Assembly (NCBI GenBank): GCA_965248535.1
Contig: CBDFJR010000005.1
Span: 1,312,001 to 1,376,000 of the forward strand
From: Phormidesmis sp.
GTDB lineage: Bacteria > Cyanobacteriota > Cyanobacteriia > Leptolyngbyales > Leptolyngbyaceae
Direction of reading: 5' to 3'
DNA: 64,000 bases
Shown here piece after piece: positions 60,921-64,000 of this stretch (its first letter is position 1; every line of letters starts with the position of its first letter). Both the position numbers and the translations under genes were made by a program. The notes under the pieces were generated by a model. That model did no database searches and was not told the DNA's origin. It saw only the letters and a program-made list of their open reading frames with translations.

Positions 60921-61166
60921 TCATTCCCCTGTGTAGAAATAGGAAAACAGCTCTTCTTCAGGAATATATTGGCTTGCTTGCCGAAGAATGACTCTACAGG
61001 TTCCTGTATCTAGCTGCTTATGATTTGGTACGATTAGCGTCTCGTTGCCTGATTCTCCAACTCGGCGGAGTTTAATGTGACTTCCTTTCTGGCTGTGAAC
61101 TTGAAATCCAAACGATTCGAGGATTGAAATCACACCTTCCGCAGATAAGCGTTTCAGCTTAGGCAT
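60921..61166 (-). CDS. hicA: HicA-family toxin (second type)
   Basis: L...GF......KGSHIKL...VPNH..L..GT...I. Confidence 0.9.
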   Translation of the reverse strand: MPKLKRLSAEGVISILESFGFQVHSQKGSHIKLRRVGESGNETLIVPNHKQLDTGTCRVILRQASQYIPEEELFSYFYTGE

Positions 61167-61392
61167 ACTGTGGAACTAGCTCAAACGTAACCACGATCGA
61201 GGGTTGAGAGATGACTTGCAATCGGCTCAAATCTTCATCTTCGAGATACAGAGAAACCGCCTCACTCAGATTTTGCATGACTTCATCCAAGGTGTCTCCC
61301 TGAGTCACAATGGCAAACTCTTGGCACTCGGCAACATATCCGCTTTGGTCGCCCGGATAAACTGTTGCGTGGATCTTTTCTCGAAGGGTCAT
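61159..61392 (-). CDS. hicB: HicB-family antitoxin (second type, upstream of its toxin)
   Basis: GYVAEC....VTQGDTLDE...NL.EAV.LYL. Confidence 0.88.
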   Translation of the reverse strand: MTLREKIHATVYPGDQSGYVAECQEFAIVTQGDTLDEVMQNLSEAVSLYLEDEDLSRLQVISQPSIVVTFELVPQYA

Positions 61393-61426
61393 TGACTCTC
61401 ACAGGAATTAAGTGGGTTTAATTTTA

Positions 61427-61454
61427 GCGTAGCACTCCGGCGAAGTGCGATCGT
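61427..61454. repeat. Small hairpin insertion in a HIP1-like site (SDR-like)
   Basis: GCG[TAGCACTCCGGCGAAGTGCG]ATCGT with internal stem GCACT/AGTGC. Confidence 0.4.
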
Positions 61455-61505
61455 ACTTTTTCCCAACTCAATTCTTAATCCCCGTAGTAGCGATCGCAAC
61501 CATCA

Positions 61506-61724
61506 TCAAGCAATTTGAAGCGTCCTTGGTTCAGGGATAGGTTCTCCTTCTGCTTGCCAAGCCTCTAAGTACATTTCAATCACTTCTTCGCCGTTATGAA
61601 TGGCTTCCTCACGGGTTTTGCCATGCGTGCAGGGCATGACAACAAGATTGGCAAACTCTGGAATCGTGACGAGGAAAAGCTGATCTTCGTCAGACCATTG
61701 AACAATCATGCTGTATCGATTCAT
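61506..61724 (-). CDS. hicB: HicB-family antitoxin, duplicate
   Basis: Protein identical to 60260-60478. Confidence 0.9.
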   Translation of the reverse strand: MNRYSMIVQWSDEDQLFLVTIPEFANLVVMPCTHGKTREEAIHNGEEVIEMYLEAWQAEGEPIPEPRTLQIA

Positions 61725-61945
61725 GAATCCCCGTCCTCCCTTAACTCTTTCAGTACAGTAAGTAACTTTGCTAGTTGTTTTTCTAGGTAGAGTGGTACAT
61801 CGTCTCCATCTCTGCCTGGAATTGTCAGTGTTTCTTTGAGCGAAGGATGTCGCCAACGCTCATGGCTGCCTTTGCCACGCTTTGGCAGATAAACAAACCC
61901 TTCACGCGCAATCTGAGTTTTTAACGCTCGAATTTTCCTGGGCAT
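61721..61945 (-). CDS. hicA: HicA-family toxin, duplicate
   Basis: Differs from copy 1 by L>S and K>R. Confidence 0.9.
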   Translation of the reverse strand: MPRKIRALKTQIAREGFVYLPKRGKGSHERWRHPSLKETLTIPGRDGDDVPLYLEKQLAKLLTVLKELREDGDS

Positions 61946-61986
61946 CGATATTGCCTAACTTTTCCCCTATTCTTTTTATTATCCTA

Positions 61987-62100
61987 TTAAGAGTGCCGGA
62001 GAACGTAGATGGAATCGCGTTCTGCAATCTCTCAAAAGCGGATGTGGTGCGACATCAGTTGGTGCAGCGCACTGTCAAGGCTTATGAGGTGTTTGAGTAA
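61987..62100 (+). pseudogene. phoH: Orphan 3' tail of a PhoH-family gene, copy 2
   Basis: LRVPENVDGIAFCNLSKADVVRHQLVQRTVKAYEVFE*. Confidence 0.8.
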
Positions 62101-62179
62101 TAACGCACCACCGATAGCAACGAGCCTCAAACTCAGCACGCCTATTTTTCAACCAGCCGCTGCATTTGATTTGTTATAC
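62097..62179 (-). repeat. attC-like integron recombination site
   Basis: Minus strand reads GTATAAC-AAATC-AAATGCAGCGG...GTGCTGAGTTTGAGG...GCTATCGGTGGTGC-GTTATTA: complementary TAAC/GTTA cores about 80 bp apart with partly paired inner arms. Confidence 0.55.
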
Positions 62180-62225
62180 TTCTGAAGATCGAATCACTGG
62201 TCAGTTTTGGGAAGTGAAGTGCAGG

Positions 62226-63371
62226 ATGCTAGACAGCAAGCAGCAAGCAGAAGAAGAGCTGGAGAATGCTGATCTTGGTCTGGGTGTTGACCCCGATGAA
62301 GATGAAAGTATAATTCAGCCGTTTGACCCTGAATTAATTAGGGTTGAAACTCGACCGATGACAATTGACCTGTTGCTACAACGTATTAAATATGAGGAGC
62401 TTAATCTAACGCCAGATTTTCAGCGGAAGGACGGGATTTGGAATCCTCGTACTAAAAGTCGTCTCATTGAATCCATCCTTATTCGGATTCCACTGCCAGC
62501 TTTTTACATGGATGCCACTGATGAGGATAAGTGGGTAGTTATTGACGGCTTACAAAGATTAACGACCTTGAAAATGTTTGTTAATGATAAATCACTAAAA
62601 CTTAGCGAACTTGAGTTTTTGACCCAGCTTGAAAATAAAACTTTTGAGGAATTGCCACGCAATCTACAACGACGAATTATTGAAACTCAAGTCACAGTCT
62701 ATTTAATTGAGAAAGGAACGCCTAGCAAAGTTAAATTTAATATCTTTAAACGCATCAATACTGGTGGCTTGCCGTTATCGTTACAAGAAATTCGCCATGC
62801 TCTAAATATTGGTCATTCAACTAGGTTTTTGGAGAAACTTGCTAACTCGGCTGAGTTCAAGAAAGCAACTGCTCATAGAAACTTCAGCCAACGGATGGCA
62901 GATCGTGAGTTCATACTACGATTTCTAGCTTTTGTGATTCATCCCTACACCGACTACAAAGCGACAGAGTTTGATAGCTTTCTGAGTGACGTGATGGCAG
63001 AGATTAATGAAATGAGTGAACAGAGAATTAACGATCTGGAACTGAAATTTAGCAAGGCTATGATTGCTGCTTACGAAATTTTTGGCAATGATGCTTTTCG
63101 TAAGCGATCCAGACAAGATGCCCCAAGGTCACCAATTAATAAAGCATTGTTTGAATCTTGGTCAGTTAGTCTAAGTCAGTTAAGTAGGGATCAGATTCAA
63201 ACCTTGGTAGAACGTAAAGAGCAATTGAAAATGGGCTTTATTGGACTCATGAACGATCGCGAAGTGGAGCCTAAATTTGAGTCATCCATCTCTCAAGGAA
63301 CGGGAGATACTAGAAAAGTCAAACGTAGGTTCAGTGCTATTGAGCAGTTGATTCAAGAGGTCTTAGCGTGA
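62226..63371 (+). CDS. DUF262 (ParB-like) protein; putative Menshen NsnA
   Basis: PDFQR...W, SRLIESILIRIPLP, IDGLQRL and IFKRINTGG; AT-rich; likely ATG 62226. Confidence 0.85.
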   Translation: MLDSKQQAEEELENADLGLGVDPDEDESIIQPFDPELIRVETRPMTIDLLLQRIKYEELNLTPDFQRKDGIWNPRTKSRLIESILIRIPLPAFYMDATDEDKWVVIDGLQRLTTLKMFVNDKSLKLSELEFLTQLENKTFEELPRNLQRRIIETQVTVYLIEKGTPSKVKFNIFKRINTGGLPLSLQEIRHALNIGHSTRFLEKLANSAEFKKATAHRNFSQRMADREFILRFLAFVIHPYTDYKATEFDSFLSDVMAEINEMSEQRINDLELKFSKAMIAAYEIFGNDAFRKRSRQDAPRSPINKALFESWSVSLSQLSRDQIQTLVERKEQLKMGFIGLMNDREVEPKFESSISQGTGDTRKVKRRFSAIEQLIQEVLA

Positions 63372-64000
63372 TCTGCCAACTGCGCTTACAAAACTTCAAA
63401 CGATTTGAGGATCAATCTTTAGAACTTGGAGCATTGACTCTCCTTTCAGGACTCAATGGAATGGGGAAATCTTCCGTTCTGCAATCCCTTTTGCTGTTGC
63501 GTCAGTCATATCAACAAGGATTATTAGAATCTACTGGTTTAGCCTTAAACGGCGATTTAGTCCGTATTGGCACTGCCAGAGATGCTCTATTTGAGGATGC
63601 GAGAGAGGACAAAATTGAATTTGTTCTTACTTTTAGAAATGGCAGTGAAGCAATCTGGCAGTTTGGCTATGATCCTGAAGCAGATATTTTAGGGCTGACT
63701 TCATCTGCTGTGCCATCTGAAACTTACCAACTCAGCTTATTTGGTGATAATTTTCAATACTTGCAAGCTGAACGTCTTGGGCCTCGAACCTCTTTTGCAA
63801 TATCTGATTTTCAAGTGCGACAGCATCGTCAGTTAGGAACTATGGGCGAGTATGCTGCCCACTTCCTATCCATTTTTAGAGACTCTGAAATTTCAACTCC
63901 TACGCTCAGTCATCCGCAAGCAAAGTCTTTAAACTTGCTGAACCAAGTTGAGGCTTGGTTGGGTGAAATTAGTCCTGGAACTCGGATTCATATCGTTGAT
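63368..64000 (+). CDS. ABC-type AAA ATPase (DUF3696-associated type), 5' part; putative Menshen NsnB
   Basis: GTG start overlapping the DUF262 stop (GTGA). Reads ICQLRLQNFKRF..LTLLSGLNGMGKSSVLQSLLLLRQS (Walker A), LNGDLV.IG and YLQAERLGPR; open to the window end. Confidence 0.82.
   Translation, partial: MICQLRLQNFKRFEDQSLELGALTLLSGLNGMGKSSVLQSLLLLRQSYQQGLLESTGLALNGDLVRIGTARDALFEDAREDKIEFVLTFRNGSEAIWQFGYDPEADILGLTSSAVPSETYQLSLFGDNFQYLQAERLGPRTSFAISDFQVRQHRQLGTMGEYAAHFLSIFRDSEISTPTLSHPQAKSLNLLNQVEAWLGEISPGTRIHIVD

Larger units (their letters stand above)
61490..62097. repeat. Direct repeat copy 2 (608 bp): HIP1 - hicB - hicA - phoH 3' tail
   Basis: Duplicate of 60244-60851; 13 substitutions by manual comparison. 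Confidence 0.97.
1..64000. repeat. HIP1 (GCGATCGC) highly iterated palindrome, dispersed
   Basis: Very frequent in core genes. No perfect copy was seen in 62226-64000 or 43865-44662. Confidence 0.9.

Noticed and set aside
1..64000. tRNA/rRNA genes, IS transposases, integrase, prophage genes, CRISPR
   Set aside because: None recognised by eye; tRNAscan-SE, ISEScan and similar tools would be needed to exclude weak cases.

Overview
A 64-kb stretch of a cyanobacterial chromosome. The HIP1 octamer GCGATCGC is very frequent and photosynthesis genes (psaE, ndhO, pam68, gun4, pcyA) are present; protein similarity suggests a filamentous Leptolyngbya-like strain (inference). Most of the window is core genome: tal(3' end)-zwf-opcA, pcyA, ddl, mreBCD, ssb, aroF, rpsO, xseAB/recA, ndbB-HAD-nurA, ictB, icd, prfC, mutM-psaE, cruFG and wecB. 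No rRNA, tRNA, CRISPR array, transposase or integrase was recognised. Two accessory patches stand out. (1) At 47.8-49.7 kb, a lone PD-(D/E)XK nuclease sits between attC-like (integron cassette) relics, followed by a PIN/RHH toxin-antitoxin pair and a Uma2 gene tail whose HIP1 site carries two micro-insertions. (2) At 60.2-64 kb, a 608-bp unit [HIP1 - hicBA - orphan 3' tail of phoH] occurs twice. Each phoH tail is followed by different cargo: another HicAB pair, then a Menshen-like DUF262 + ATPase defence operon, with further attC-like relics nearby. This looks like a cassette-accretion hotspot anchored on phoH tails and HIP1 sites. Other notable items: a candidate ~160-nt structured RNA upstream of an ATPase-less PilB/GspE-like gene, LexA boxes before ssb and nurA but not recA, a PsaE with a ~50-aa C-terminal extension, and three apparent pseudo-enzymes. 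All family calls come from motif recognition by eye; no database searches were run.
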